A stretch of DNA of 32,000 nucleotides from NCBI RefSeq assembly GCF_000023205.1, contig NC_012803.1:2340001-2372000 (forward strand), in the 5' to 3' direction. Below the pieces are notes generated by a model that saw nothing but the letters and a program-made list of their open reading frames with translations, was not told the DNA's origin and searched no databases. This document shows positions 1-7,510 of this stretch, piece after piece (positions within the stretch are counted from its first letter, which is position 1; each line of letters opens with the position of its first letter). The stretch comes from Micrococcus luteus NCTC 2665 (GTDB lineage Bacteria; Actinomycetota; Actinomycetes; Actinomycetales; Micrococcaceae). The position numbers and the translations under genes were made by a program.

Positions 1-1065
1 GGCGCCCCGGCGGATCGCGCCGGGGCCGCCCCCGCCGACCAGGCCGACCGCGCCCCCACGGGCCAGGCCGACGCCGCCGACGCCGCCGCCCCGGCCGCCG
101 TCGTCCACCGCACCACCCTCGCGGACCTGCTCGTGCTGAGCCTGGTCTACGGCCAGGTGCTGCTGCTGGTGCCGCCGGTGGCGTTCGGCCTCATGGAGCT
201 GACGGACGTGCTGGGCCTCACCGAGCGCCTCGAGTCCCTGCTCTTCTCCGGGCTCGGCTCCTGGCCGACGGCGCTGCTGATCGTGGCCCTGGCCGTGGTC
301 GTCGGGCTGACCGCCACCGTGGTCAAGTTCCACGGGTTCACGGTGCTCGCGACGCCGGAGGGTCGGCTGCGCATCCGCTACGGGCTGGTCTCCACGCACG
401 AGCGCGTCATCACACCCGGCGCCGTGCAGGGCGTGGTGTGGCACCGCAACGCGGCCGAGCAGCTGCTGGGCCGGGCCCGGCTGTCCGTGCTCACCCTGGA
501 CAGCGCGGCCCAGCTGGGCGGCAACCTCGTGCTGCCCTCGATGCCCGTGGAGCGGGCCCGGGCCATCGTGGCCGAGCACCTGCCCGAGTTCGCCGGCACG
601 GCCCGCCGCCTGTCCACCGGCCTGGCGACGCCGGCCGTCAACCTGGTCTCCCTTCTCGCCCTCGCGGCGGCCTTCGCGGGGACCTGGGTGCTCACGGCCC
701 AGACGTGGGGGTGGCCGTGGCCGCTCGCCGCCGGCGCCTGCCTCGCGGCCGCCGCCGTCGTGGCCGGGATCATCGCGGTGGCCACCGCGCGCCTCTACGC
801 CGACCCCGCGGCGGGGCTGTTCCTCACCCGCCGGATCACGGTGGGCGAGCGGGTCACGGCCGTCCGGGCCACCCGCCTGCACGGGATCTCGGCGCACCAC
901 CTGCACCACGCCCGCACCCCACGCGGCCGGCGCACCGCGTGGCTGCCCACGGTGTTCTACTTCGCCGGCGCCCCCCGCCGGGCCATGGCGCTCGTCACCG
1001 CGCCGGAGGCCGTGGAGGCGCTCCAGGCGATGGTGCGCCACTCCTCGGTGCCGCTGCGCGCCTGA
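1..1065 (+). CDS. PH-domain (bPH_2 / YdbT-like) membrane protein, 5' end lies outside the window
   Basis: Frame 1 is open from base 1 to TGA at 1063-1065. The tracked ORF 133..1065 starts at an internal GTG. Hydrophobic helices alternate with short soluble modules (e.g. LRIRYGLVSTHERVITPGAVQGV), as in bacterial PH-domain YdbT-type proteins. Family call is from memory and was not searched. Confidence 0.55.
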   Translation, partial: GAPADRAGAAPADQADRAPTGQADAADAAAPAAVVHRTTLADLLVLSLVYGQVLLLVPPVAFGLMELTDVLGLTERLESLLFSGLGSWPTALLIVALAVVVGLTATVVKFHGFTVLATPEGRLRIRYGLVSTHERVITPGAVQGVVWHRNAAEQLLGRARLSVLTLDSAAQLGGNLVLPSMPVERARAIVAEHLPEFAGTARRLSTGLATPAVNLVSLLALAAAFAGTWVLTAQTWGWPWPLAAGACLAAAAVVAGIIAVATARLYADPAAGLFLTRRITVGERVTAVRATRLHGISAHHLHHARTPRGRRTAWLPTVFYFAGAPRRAMALVTAPEAVEALQAMVRHSSVPLRA

Positions 1066-1128
1066 GCCGTTCCGACCTGAGACGTCCGGACGCGCGCCGT
1101 CCGGACACGAGCCGTCCGGACACGAGAC

Positions 1129-1174
1129 GAGGGGCTCCGGTCCGTCCCCCCTGGGGGTCGGTCCGGAGCCCCTC
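1129..1174. terminator. Hairpin between convergent genes, candidate bidirectional terminator
   Basis: GAGGGGCTCCGG (1129-1140) is the exact reverse complement of CCGGAGCCCCTC (1163-1174). The loop holds a nested CCCCCCTGGGGG dyad. It sits between the stop of the + gene (1065) and the stop of the - gene (1197). Confidence 0.45.
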
Positions 1175-1196
1175 GCGGCGTGCGGAGGCGGTGCGC

Positions 1197-1907
1197 TCAG
1201 CGGCGGGGCAGCAGCACCTCGAGGCGGAGCCGGTCGGCGTCCGCCCGGACGGCGCACTCGCCGCCGTAGGCGTCCACCCGGGTCCGCAGGGACTCCTCCA
1301 GCCCACGCAGGCCGGCCGCGCCGGCACTGCGGGGCCGGGGGCCGGCGTCGGGGGCGCGGCGGGCGACGAGGCTCAGCGCCACCCGGTCCGCGGCGGGCCC
1401 CAGGCGCACGACGCCGTCCGCCAGCTCCGGATCCCGGGCGAGGGAGGCGAAGAGCTCCAGGAGGCGCAGGACGGCGACCCGGATGCTCGGCGAGAGCGCG
1501 TGGAGGTCCTCCTCGGCGACGTCCCACACCCATCCCGCGGGCACGACGGCGGCGGGGTCGAGGGGGTCGCCCGGGCCGGAGCCGGACGGCAGGTCGGCGG
1601 CGACGCGGTCCGTGCCGCGCAGCACCGTGAGCAGCCGGCGCACGTCGATGAGGGCCTGGTCGGCCATGCCGCGGATCCGGTGCTCGGCGTCGGCCCGCTC
1701 GGGCGATGCCGTCAGGCTCGGCAGCAGCGCGGCCTGCATGGACAGCGTGGTGAGGCTCTGGGCCAGGCCGGCGTGGAGGTCGTCGGCGATCTGCTCCTGC
1801 TCCACCGCCGTCGTCGTGCTGGGGACGCCCGGGCGGCGATCGCCGCCGTCGGGGGCGCGCCCGGGTCCGTCTCCGGTCCCCCGGGGGTGGTGCTGGGATG
1901 GAGTCAT
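1197..1907 (-). CDS. TM-less HisKA_3-type histidine-kinase-like protein with a degenerate ATPase domain
   Basis: This is the C-terminal 237 codons of tracked ORF 1197..2729(-), starting at ATG 1905-1907 (MTPSQHHPRG). It has a DHp-like motif EQEQIADDLHAGLAQSL with the His retained, and a G2-like GLRGLEESL...YGG. No clear N-box Asn and no hydrophobic segments are visible. The rest of the tracked ORF is antisense shadow of the regulator gene. Confidence 0.55.
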   Translation of the reverse strand: MTPSQHHPRGTGDGPGRAPDGGDRRPGVPSTTTAVEQEQIADDLHAGLAQSLTTLSMQAALLPSLTASPERADAEHRIRGMADQALIDVRRLLTVLRGTDRVAADLPSGSGPGDPLDPAAVVPAGWVWDVAEEDLHALSPSIRVAVLRLLELFASLARDPELADGVVRLGPAADRVALSLVARRAPDAGPRPRSAGAAGLRGLEESLRTRVDAYGGECAVRADADRLRLEVLLPRR

Positions 1908-2003
1908 CGGACCATCGTGGTCCAGGGGCGCCCGCGGAAGAAGGGCCGTGGGGATGAACGCGGCTCCGACTTGAGTCGCACGCGATCCCCGGGGGTGCTC
2001 GCC

Positions 2004-2009
2004 TACGCT
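2004..2009 (+). promoter_or_regulatory. -10-like hexamer TACGCT 6 nt upstream of the ATG (candidate leaderless promoter)
   Basis: gccTACGCTggagggATG. The same cTAcGCTg-N6-7-start arrangement recurs at 6249, 7636 and 14724. Confidence 0.35.
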
Positions 2010-2015
2010 GGAGGG

Positions 2016-2684
2016 ATGATCCGAGTGCTCGTGGCAGACGACCAGCAACTCATGCGCACCGCCCTGGCGCACTTCGTGTCCACGGCGGAGGACCTCGAGG
2101 TGGTCGGCACCGCCGCCGACGGCGTCGAGGCCGTCGAGATGGCCAAGGACCTGCGCCCCGACGTGGTGCTGATGGACATGCAGATGCCCCGCATGGACGG
2201 GATCGAGGCCACCACGGCCATCATGGCCGAGGCCCCCGAGGTCCGGGTGCTGGCGATCACCACGTTCAGCTCCGAGGCCTACCTGGTGCCCGCCCTGCGC
2301 GCCGGGGCCTCCGGCTACCTGGTCAAGGACGCTCCGCCGGAGGAGGTGGTCGAGGCGGTGCGCCAGGTGCACCGCGGCGACGCCGTCTTCTCCCCGCGCG
2401 TCGCCCGCGAGCTCATCGAGACGGTCACCCAGCAGAGCGAGCGCCGGGAGTCCGCCGCCGCGCACGCGCTCACCGAGCTCGAGGAGCTCACCCCCCGCGA
2501 GCTCGAGGTGGTGACCGAGCTGGCCAAGGGCTCCTCCAACGCGGAGATCGCCCAGGCCCTCTTCCTCGCCGAGGCCACCGTCAAGAGCCACCTCGGCAAG
2601 ATCATGGACAAGTGGCAGGCCCGGGACCGCGTCCAGGTGCTCATCCGCGCCAGCCGGGCCGGCCTCGTCTCCTTCGACGACTGA
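2016..2684 (+). CDS. NarL/LuxR-family response regulator
   Basis: MIRVLVADDQQLMR...VVLMDMQMPRMDGIEAT receiver domain, followed by a C-terminal LTPRELEVVTELAKGSSNAEIAQALFLAEATVKSHL HTH. ATG at 2016, TGA at 2682-2684. Confidence 0.9.
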   Translation: MIRVLVADDQQLMRTALAHFVSTAEDLEVVGTAADGVEAVEMAKDLRPDVVLMDMQMPRMDGIEATTAIMAEAPEVRVLAITTFSSEAYLVPALRAGASGYLVKDAPPEEVVEAVRQVHRGDAVFSPRVARELIETVTQQSERRESAAAHALTELEELTPRELEVVTELAKGSSNAEIAQALFLAEATVKSHLGKIMDKWQARDRVQVLIRASRAGLVSFDD

Positions 2685-2700
2685 CGGGCCCGGCGGCCCC

Positions 2701-2760
2701 CGACGCCGGACGGGCGGGTTCGCCTCCATGCCAGTTCGACGCCGGACGGGCGGGTTCGCC
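2701..2760. repeat. Perfect 24-bp direct repeat x2 (CGACGCCGGACGGGCGGGTTCGCC), start-to-start spacing 36 bp
   Basis: Copies at 2701-2724 and 2737-2760 are identical. A related GGACGGGCGG motif recurs at 2856-2864 inside the hairpin downstream. Confidence 0.85.
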
Positions 2761-2835
2761 GCGACGTCGGTTCACTTCCGCTCGGCGCGGCACCGGCTCG
2801 GCGCGGCCTTCTCCGACGCCCCCGGACGCACGAAC

Positions 2836-2864
2836 GCCCGCCCTGCTCGAGGCAGGACGGGCGG
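2836..2864 (-). terminator. Candidate terminator hairpin downstream of the small peptide gene
   Basis: GCCCGCCCTGC (2836-2846), loop TCGAG, then GCAGGACGGGC. The stem is 11 bp with one mismatch. It lies about 30 nt beyond the peptide stop codon on the minus strand. Confidence 0.35.
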
Positions 2865-2891
2865 ACGGAGGAGCGGGGCGGCGCGGCGGGC

Positions 2892-3068
2892 TCAGCGGCA
2901 GCGATTGAGGATCAGGCACCAGATGTTGTCCGCGCCCTCCTGGCCCTTGGCCGACACGGGCGCCGTCACCGGGAACCCCTCGACCGGAGTCGCCTGCGCG
3001 GCGGCCGGAGCGGCCCCGGCGGCGGCGAGCGAAGCGGTGAGGGCGAGGGCGGTGACGAGCTTCTTCAT
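2892..3068 (-). CDS. Small secreted peptide precursor (58 aa) with a Sec signal peptide and a C-terminal Cys-x6-Cys loop
   Basis: MKKLVTALALTASLAAAGAAPAAAQA|TPVEGFPVTAPVSAKGQEGADNIWCLILNRCR. It has a KK n-region, a hydrophobic core and an AxA-type cleavage site. An AGGAG Shine-Dalgarno sits 6 nt upstream of ATG 3066-3068. The longer tracked ORF starting at 3167 has no such support. Confidence 0.55.
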   Translation of the reverse strand: MKKLVTALALTASLAAAGAAPAAAQATPVEGFPVTAPVSAKGQEGADNIWCLILNRCR

Positions 3069-3275
3069 GGCGACTCCTGAGGTGCGGGGTCCGAGTCGCC
3101 GGGCCTGCTGCTCCGGCGTCTTCCTCGTGACGTGTTCCATCTTCGTGACGGCTCGGTTCCTGTACATGATCCACAGGTAGAGTCGTCCTCAAGACAAAAG
3201 TGGCACCGTCCCGATGGACGGGAGTCGCGGTGCGCCCGCCGGACGTGGCGGGGCGGAGACGGGGGGAGGACGGCC

Positions 3276-4469
3276 ATGGCGACGGTGTCGATCGGTCGTC
3301 CCGACTCCCCCGTGTGGGGCCCCTTCGGCGCCCGCCGCCTCAGCCTGCGCATCCGGCTGATCGTGTGGATCAGCCTCGCCGTCGTCTTCGGGATCGACGT
3401 GGTCCTCGCGTTCTCCGGCACCGGGGTGACCGCCGCCGAGGCACTCCCCCAGCTCGCCGGCGAGTACCTGCTGATCGGGCTGATCACCCAGCACGCCCCG
3501 CTCGGGGTCATCGCCTACGCGATCGCCTTCACCGCCGGGGCGCGGTGGTGGGACTACGAGGCCCTCTCGATCGTGTTCGCCGGGGCCGCGCTCATGCTCG
3601 GGCTGAGCGCGCAGCGCGGCCTGCTGCTGCTCGCCGGAGGGCTCTTCGCCGCGTGGTTCGTCATCGCCGGTCCCGTCCTCGGCTCCTTCTCCACGGCCGC
3701 GGCGGTCGCGTTCGCGGTCTCGGCCGCCCTCGGCGTGGCCGCGGGCCTGGGCCTGCGCTGGCTGGCCCGCCGCTTCGACTCCGCCCTGCGCCTGGCCGAG
3801 GAGCGCCAGACCCAGCTCGAGCAGGCCCAGCGCGACGAGCGCCACCGCCTGGCCCTCGAGCTGCACGACGTGGTGGGCCACGGCCTGACCGTGATCGCCC
3901 TCCAGGCCGGCATGCTGCCCACCGTGACCTCCCCCGTGCAGCGCACGGAGGTGGAGCAGGCGATCGCCGACACCGCCCGGCAGTCGCTCACGGACCTGCG
4001 CACCATGCTCGGCGTGCTGCGCGGCTCCGCGCCGGGCCTGGGCCCCGCGGAGGACGCGGAGCCGCCGCTGCCCGTCCGCGAGCTGGTGGCCGAGTACCGT
4101 GACCGGCTCACGGCCGCCGGCTTCGACGTCCACGTCCGCCTCGAGGCCGAGGCCGAGGTGCCCGACTCCCTGCGCCACACGCTGCGGCGCATCGTCCAGG
4201 AGGCGAGCACCAACGTCCTGCGCCACGCCGAGCCGGGCGGGCGCGTCGACGTCGAGATCCGCCACGACGGCTGCGAGACCTCCGTCCTCGCGCGCAGCCC
4301 GCTGCCGGCGCGCCGCCGGCAGGAGCCGGCACCGCACTCCGGGTACGGGCTGGCCGGCATGGACGAGCGCGTGCGCATCCTGGACGGGCGGATCACCCAC
4401 GGCCCGGTGGACGGCTCGTGGGTGCTCGACGTGACCCTCCCGTCCCAGGAGCGGGCGGCGCAGGCCTGA
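3276..4469 (+). CDS. Polytopic membrane HisKA_3 sensor histidine kinase with no adjacent response regulator
   Basis: GGAGGA precedes ATG 3276 by 5 nt. There are about 5-6 hydrophobic helices with very short loops, then ERHRLALELHDVVGHGLTVIALQAG (HisKA_3 H-box), then IVQEASTNVLRHA and GYGLAGMDERV ATPase motifs. Confidence 0.85.
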   Translation: MATVSIGRPDSPVWGPFGARRLSLRIRLIVWISLAVVFGIDVVLAFSGTGVTAAEALPQLAGEYLLIGLITQHAPLGVIAYAIAFTAGARWWDYEALSIVFAGAALMLGLSAQRGLLLLAGGLFAAWFVIAGPVLGSFSTAAAVAFAVSAALGVAAGLGLRWLARRFDSALRLAEERQTQLEQAQRDERHRLALELHDVVGHGLTVIALQAGMLPTVTSPVQRTEVEQAIADTARQSLTDLRTMLGVLRGSAPGLGPAEDAEPPLPVRELVAEYRDRLTAAGFDVHVRLEAEAEVPDSLRHTLRRIVQEASTNVLRHAEPGGRVDVEIRHDGCETSVLARSPLPARRRQEPAPHSGYGLAGMDERVRILDGRITHGPVDGSWVLDVTLPSQERAAQA

Positions 4470-4539
4470 CCCGCCGCGCCGTCGGTGCGCCCCCGCGGAC
4501 CGCAGCCCGCCCCGAGACCTGCCGCGCCGTCGTCGTCCG

Positions 4540-6003
4540 TCAGACCCGGGGCAGGACGGCGAGCCCGAGCAGGGACATGAGCGCGATGCCCACGACCATC
4601 GCAGGCAGCAGCACCGCGAGCAGGGCGCGGCGGCTCACGGCCCAGCCGGGCATCTCGGGGGTCTGGGCGCCCACCGCCATCGCGTGCGCCACCTGGATGC
4701 GGGCCGGGCCGGCGATGATGCCCCAGCCCGCCGCCGCGTTGTGCAGGCCGTTGGTCCACGTGGGCGGCACCCCCAGCGCCGCGCCGGTGTCCATCTGCAG
4801 GGGCCCCATGAGCGCCATCGCGCCGGTGTTGGAGGCGGTGACGAACCCGGAGAATGCCCCGATCACGGGGATCGCCGCCAGGTACGCCGGACCCATCCCG
4901 CTGAGCGCGCCCGCGAGCGCCTGGGAGACGCCGCCCGCGGAGAGCGTCAGGCCGAACGCCACGTAGAGGGCGTTGGGGATGGCCGTGCCCACCCACAGCC
5001 GCGCGGCCTCGCCGGGGACCGTGCGTCGGGCGTGCGGGCCGAGCCCCAGCAGCGCCACCCCGGCGCCCACGGCCACGAAGGACCACAGGGCCGGCGTCCC
5101 GACGACGGAGAGCACCCCCGTCAGCCCCAGCGCGTCCTCCACGGTGGTGCCGAGCACGGTGCCCGCCATGAGCGTCACGTACGGCACCACGTCCCGGCCC
5201 GGTCCGGGGGTCAGCCGGCCGCGGCGGATCACCAGCAGCCAGGCCACGGTGAGCACGAACGTGCCGACGGCGCCCGCCGGCGCGGTGCCCACCGAGAGGT
5301 TGGCGCCCAGGATCAGCGCCCACTGGGCCGCCCCGGAGAGCAGGCCCACGGCGAGCCACGGGACGGTGCGCGCCGGCTCGCCGTCCCCGCGCATGCCCTG
5401 GGCGCCGCGCAGCAGGAGCACGGTGGCGGCGCCGGCCACGAGGGACGCGGGCAGGTTGAACAGCGCCGCGGTGACGCCGACGGCCTGGAAGTCCAGGTCG
5501 TACAGCCGCGCGCCCATGAGGGTGCCCGGCGCCATGGACCCCCACGGGCCGATGGTCAGGGCGAGCACCGCCAGCAGCGCCGAGCGGAACGCCGTGAACC
5601 CCAGGCCGAGCAGCAGCGGCACGCCCACGATCAGCGAGACGCCGAACCCCGTGACCGTCTCCAGGAACGGGATGATCCCGTGCACCATCAGCAGGGCCGT
5701 GGCGAGGGTGGGGCCGTTGCCGGCGGAGAGCCACAGGGCCAGGCGGGCGTGCGCACCGGAGTGCTCCATCACGCGGGACAGGGTGATGCCGCCGGCGATG
5801 ATCGCCAGGATCTCGACGACGGTCGGCACGCCCCGGCCCACCTCGGCGGCCAGCACGCCCGGGTCCACCCCGAACACCGTGGGGGCCAACGCGGCGGCGA
5901 GGACGCCGCCCGCGGCCGGCGCCACCCACGCCGGCAGGCGGGTGAGCAGCAGGGCGAGCGTCAGCAGGATGGGGGTGAGCGCGAGCAGGACCTGCACCGG
6001 CAC
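4540..6003 (-). CDS. L-lactate permease (LctP) family transporter
   Basis: Multi-pass membrane protein with LctP-like motifs (GFVTASNTGAMALMGPLQ). The start is placed at GTG 6001-6003 or 5995-5997 (VPVQVLLALTPILL), downstream of an AGGGGG. The tracked ORF runs on to 6156 through the tandem repeat, and that extension is considered spurious. Confidence 0.75.
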   Translation of the reverse strand: MPVQVLLALTPILLTLALLLTRLPAWVAPAAGGVLAAALAPTVFGVDPGVLAAEVGRGVPTVVEILAIIAGGITLSRVMEHSGAHARLALWLSAGNGPTLATALLMVHGIIPFLETVTGFGVSLIVGVPLLLGLGFTAFRSALLAVLALTIGPWGSMAPGTLMGARLYDLDFQAVGVTAALFNLPASLVAGAATVLLLRGAQGMRGDGEPARTVPWLAVGLLSGAAQWALILGANLSVGTAPAGAVGTFVLTVAWLLVIRRGRLTPGPGRDVVPYVTLMAGTVLGTTVEDALGLTGVLSVVGTPALWSFVAVGAGVALLGLGPHARRTVPGEAARLWVGTAIPNALYVAFGLTLSAGGVSQALAGALSGMGPAYLAAIPVIGAFSGFVTASNTGAMALMGPLQMDTGAALGVPPTWTNGLHNAAAGWGIIAGPARIQVAHAMAVGAQTPEMPGWAVSRRALLAVLLPAMVVGIALMSLLGLAVLPRV

Positions 6004-6086
6004 CCCCTGATCGGACCACGGACGGGACCAATGTAAGTGTAGGCCGCGGGCCGGGGGTCGGGGCCGGGTGCGTCGGGGCGGGTCCC

Positions 6087-6160
6087 CCATCCCCGCCCCT
6101 GCGCCCCTCCATCCCCGCCCCTGCGCCCCTCCATCCCCGCCCCTGCGCCCCTCCATCCCC
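6087..6160. repeat. Perfect tandem repeat, 22-bp unit CCATCCCCGCCCCTGCGCCCCT x3 plus an 8-bp partial copy
   Basis: Units at 6087-6108, 6109-6130 and 6131-6152, with a partial unit at 6153-6160 that runs into the palindrome arm. The complement reads AGGGGCGCAGGGGCGGGGATGG, which is three G4 runs per unit. Confidence 0.95.
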
Positions 6161-6238
6161 GCTTTCGCTCGGGAAATCGTCGCTACCGGCCCGATGTCGC
6201 CCCGGTGTAGCGACGATTTCCCGAGCGAAAGCGCGGGG
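6157..6238. repeat. Family A long palindromic element, copy A1 (26-bp perfect stem, 20-nt loop)
   Basis: GCTTTCGCTCGGGAAATCGTCGCTAC (6161-6186) is the exact reverse complement of GTAGCGACGATTTCCCGAGCGAAAGC (6207-6232). CCCC/GGGG extensions are offset by a 2-nt bulge. CTAC/GTAG sit at the stem apex. Confidence 0.95.
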
Positions 6239-6248
6239 CGGGTCGTCC

Positions 6249-6254
6249 TACGCT
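6249..6254 (+). promoter_or_regulatory. -10-like hexamer TACGCT 6 nt upstream of the ATG (candidate leaderless promoter)
   Basis: tccTACGCTggccccATG (ATG at 6261). No Shine-Dalgarno is possible in the 6-nt gap. Confidence 0.4.
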
Positions 6255-6260
6255 GGCCCC

Positions 6261-7469
6261 ATGTCTGCCGCGCAGCTTCCCGACCATGTCGTCCGCGCCC
6301 GCCTCATCCCGCCGGCCCGCGTGCTGGCCGCCCCCATGGCCGGCGGCCCGAGCACGCCGGAGCTGGTGGCCGCCGTCGTGGGGGCGGGAGGCGGCGGGTT
6401 CCTCGCCGGCGGCATGCGGTCCGTCGCGCAGGTGCGCGAGCAGGTGGACGCGCTGCGCGGGCTGCTGGGCGGCGGGGACGGAAGCGTGGACGGGTCCGAC
6501 GCGGCCCGGCGCTGGGGCGTGAACCTGTTCGTGCCGGACGCCGTGAACACCGCGATCCCGGGCGCCGCCCGGACGGAGCGGGCCCGCGCCGAGCGTCGGG
6601 CGGCCGTGGCGGCGTACCGCGAGCGCCTCACGGCGGAGGGCGAGCGGGCGGCCGGCGGGGCCGCGGCGGAAGGTGCGGGCGGTGCGCCGACCCTGCCCTC
6701 TTCCGACGACGTCACCCCGGACCCGGCGCGCGAGCGGGCGGAGTTCGCGGCGATGCTGGCGGCGGCCGAGGAGCAGGCGTGGCCGCTGGTCTCCTTCACG
6801 TTCGGGCTGCCCGAGCCGGCCGTGTTCGCGCGCCTGGCGGCCGCCGGGATCCCCGCGGGCGTCACGGTGACGGACGCGGACGAGGCGCGGTCGGCCCGGG
6901 CGCACGGCGTCGCGTTCCTGGTGGTGCAGGGCCACCGGGCGGGCGGGCACCGCGGCACCCTGGACCCGGCCGCCGACCCCGTGGAGCGAGAGCTGCCCTC
7001 GGTGCTGGCCCAGGTGCGCGCCGTCGTCGGGACGCGGGTGCCGGTGGTGGCCGCCGGCGGGGTGGGCGCCGCCGCGCACGTGCGGTCGCTGCTCGTGGCG
7101 GGCGCGGACGCCGTGGCCGCGGGCACCGCGTTCCTGCTCACCGCCGAGGCGGGGACCTCCGCCGCGCACCGGGCCGGGATCCGCCGATGCGCGACGGGCG
7201 AGGGGTTCGTCGGGCCCGACGGCGCCGCCCGCACCGTGCTGACCCGGGCGTACACGGGCCGCTGGGCGCGGACGCTGGCCACGGACTTCGCGGCAGCCCA
7301 CCCGGACGCCCCGGCCGCCTACCCCGAGCTGAACGCCCTCACCACGGGGCTGCGGGCCGCCGCCGCGACCGCCGGCGACCTCGAGCGGGTGCACCTGTGG
7401 GCCGGCACGCAGGCCCACACGGCCCGGGAGGCGGGGGCGGCCGACGTCGTCGCCGGGCTCACCCCCTGA
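6261..7469 (+). CDS. Nitronate monooxygenase (NMO / 2-nitropropane dioxygenase family, FMN-dependent)
   Basis: LAAPMAGGPSTPELVAAVVGAGGGGFLAGG N-terminus, LVVQGHRAGGHRG, VPVVAAGGVG...AGADAVAAGTAFLLTAEAG. These are typical NMO (PF03060-like) motifs. Confidence 0.85.
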   Translation: MSAAQLPDHVVRARLIPPARVLAAPMAGGPSTPELVAAVVGAGGGGFLAGGMRSVAQVREQVDALRGLLGGGDGSVDGSDAARRWGVNLFVPDAVNTAIPGAARTERARAERRAAVAAYRERLTAEGERAAGGAAAEGAGGAPTLPSSDDVTPDPARERAEFAAMLAAAEEQAWPLVSFTFGLPEPAVFARLAAAGIPAGVTVTDADEARSARAHGVAFLVVQGHRAGGHRGTLDPAADPVERELPSVLAQVRAVVGTRVPVVAAGGVGAAAHVRSLLVAGADAVAAGTAFLLTAEAGTSAAHRAGIRRCATGEGFVGPDGAARTVLTRAYTGRWARTLATDFAAAHPDAPAAYPELNALTTGLRAAAATAGDLERVHLWAGTQAHTAREAGAADVVAGLTP

Positions 7470-7510
7470 CCGAGCTCCCTCCCCGTCCCCTCCCCCTTCC
7501 CCATCCCCCT

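Noticed and set aside
1096-1125. 15-bp tandem duplication GCCGTCCGGACACGA x2, with a related GACGTCCGGACGCGC just upstream.
   Set aside because: It is short and lies in a convergent 3' intergenic region next to a clear terminator hairpin. Nothing suggests a function beyond local slippage, so it is noted but not promoted.
438-2015. The long upstream part of tracked ORF 438..2684(+). Similar very long ORFs are 3554..6112(-), 7319..9100(-), 10447..13620(-) beyond 11022, 17581..19371(-), 18180..20255(+), 19931..22237(+) upstream of 21314, 20414..22246(-) upstream of 21280, 26478..29789(+) upstream of 28719, and 26485..28647(-).
   Set aside because: Their translations are Arg/Pro/Gly/Ala-rich low-complexity strings with no recognisable domains. 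They overlap well-supported genes in other frames or on the other strand. Stop-poor shadow ORFs are expected at this GC content.
2892-3167. The longer 91-aa version of the small peptide ORF, starting at 3167 (MYRNRAVTKMEH...).
   Set aside because: No ribosome-binding site precedes that start, and the extra 33 residues come before an otherwise canonical signal peptide. The internal ATG at 3068 has an AGGAG site 6 nt upstream.
6004-6156. N-terminal extension of the lactate-permease ORF to ATG 6156 (MEGRRGGDGGAQGRGWRG...).
   Set aside because: The extension is the translation of the 22-bp tandem repeat and the flanking G-rich DNA. The transporter-like sequence only begins at about VPVQVLLALTPILL.
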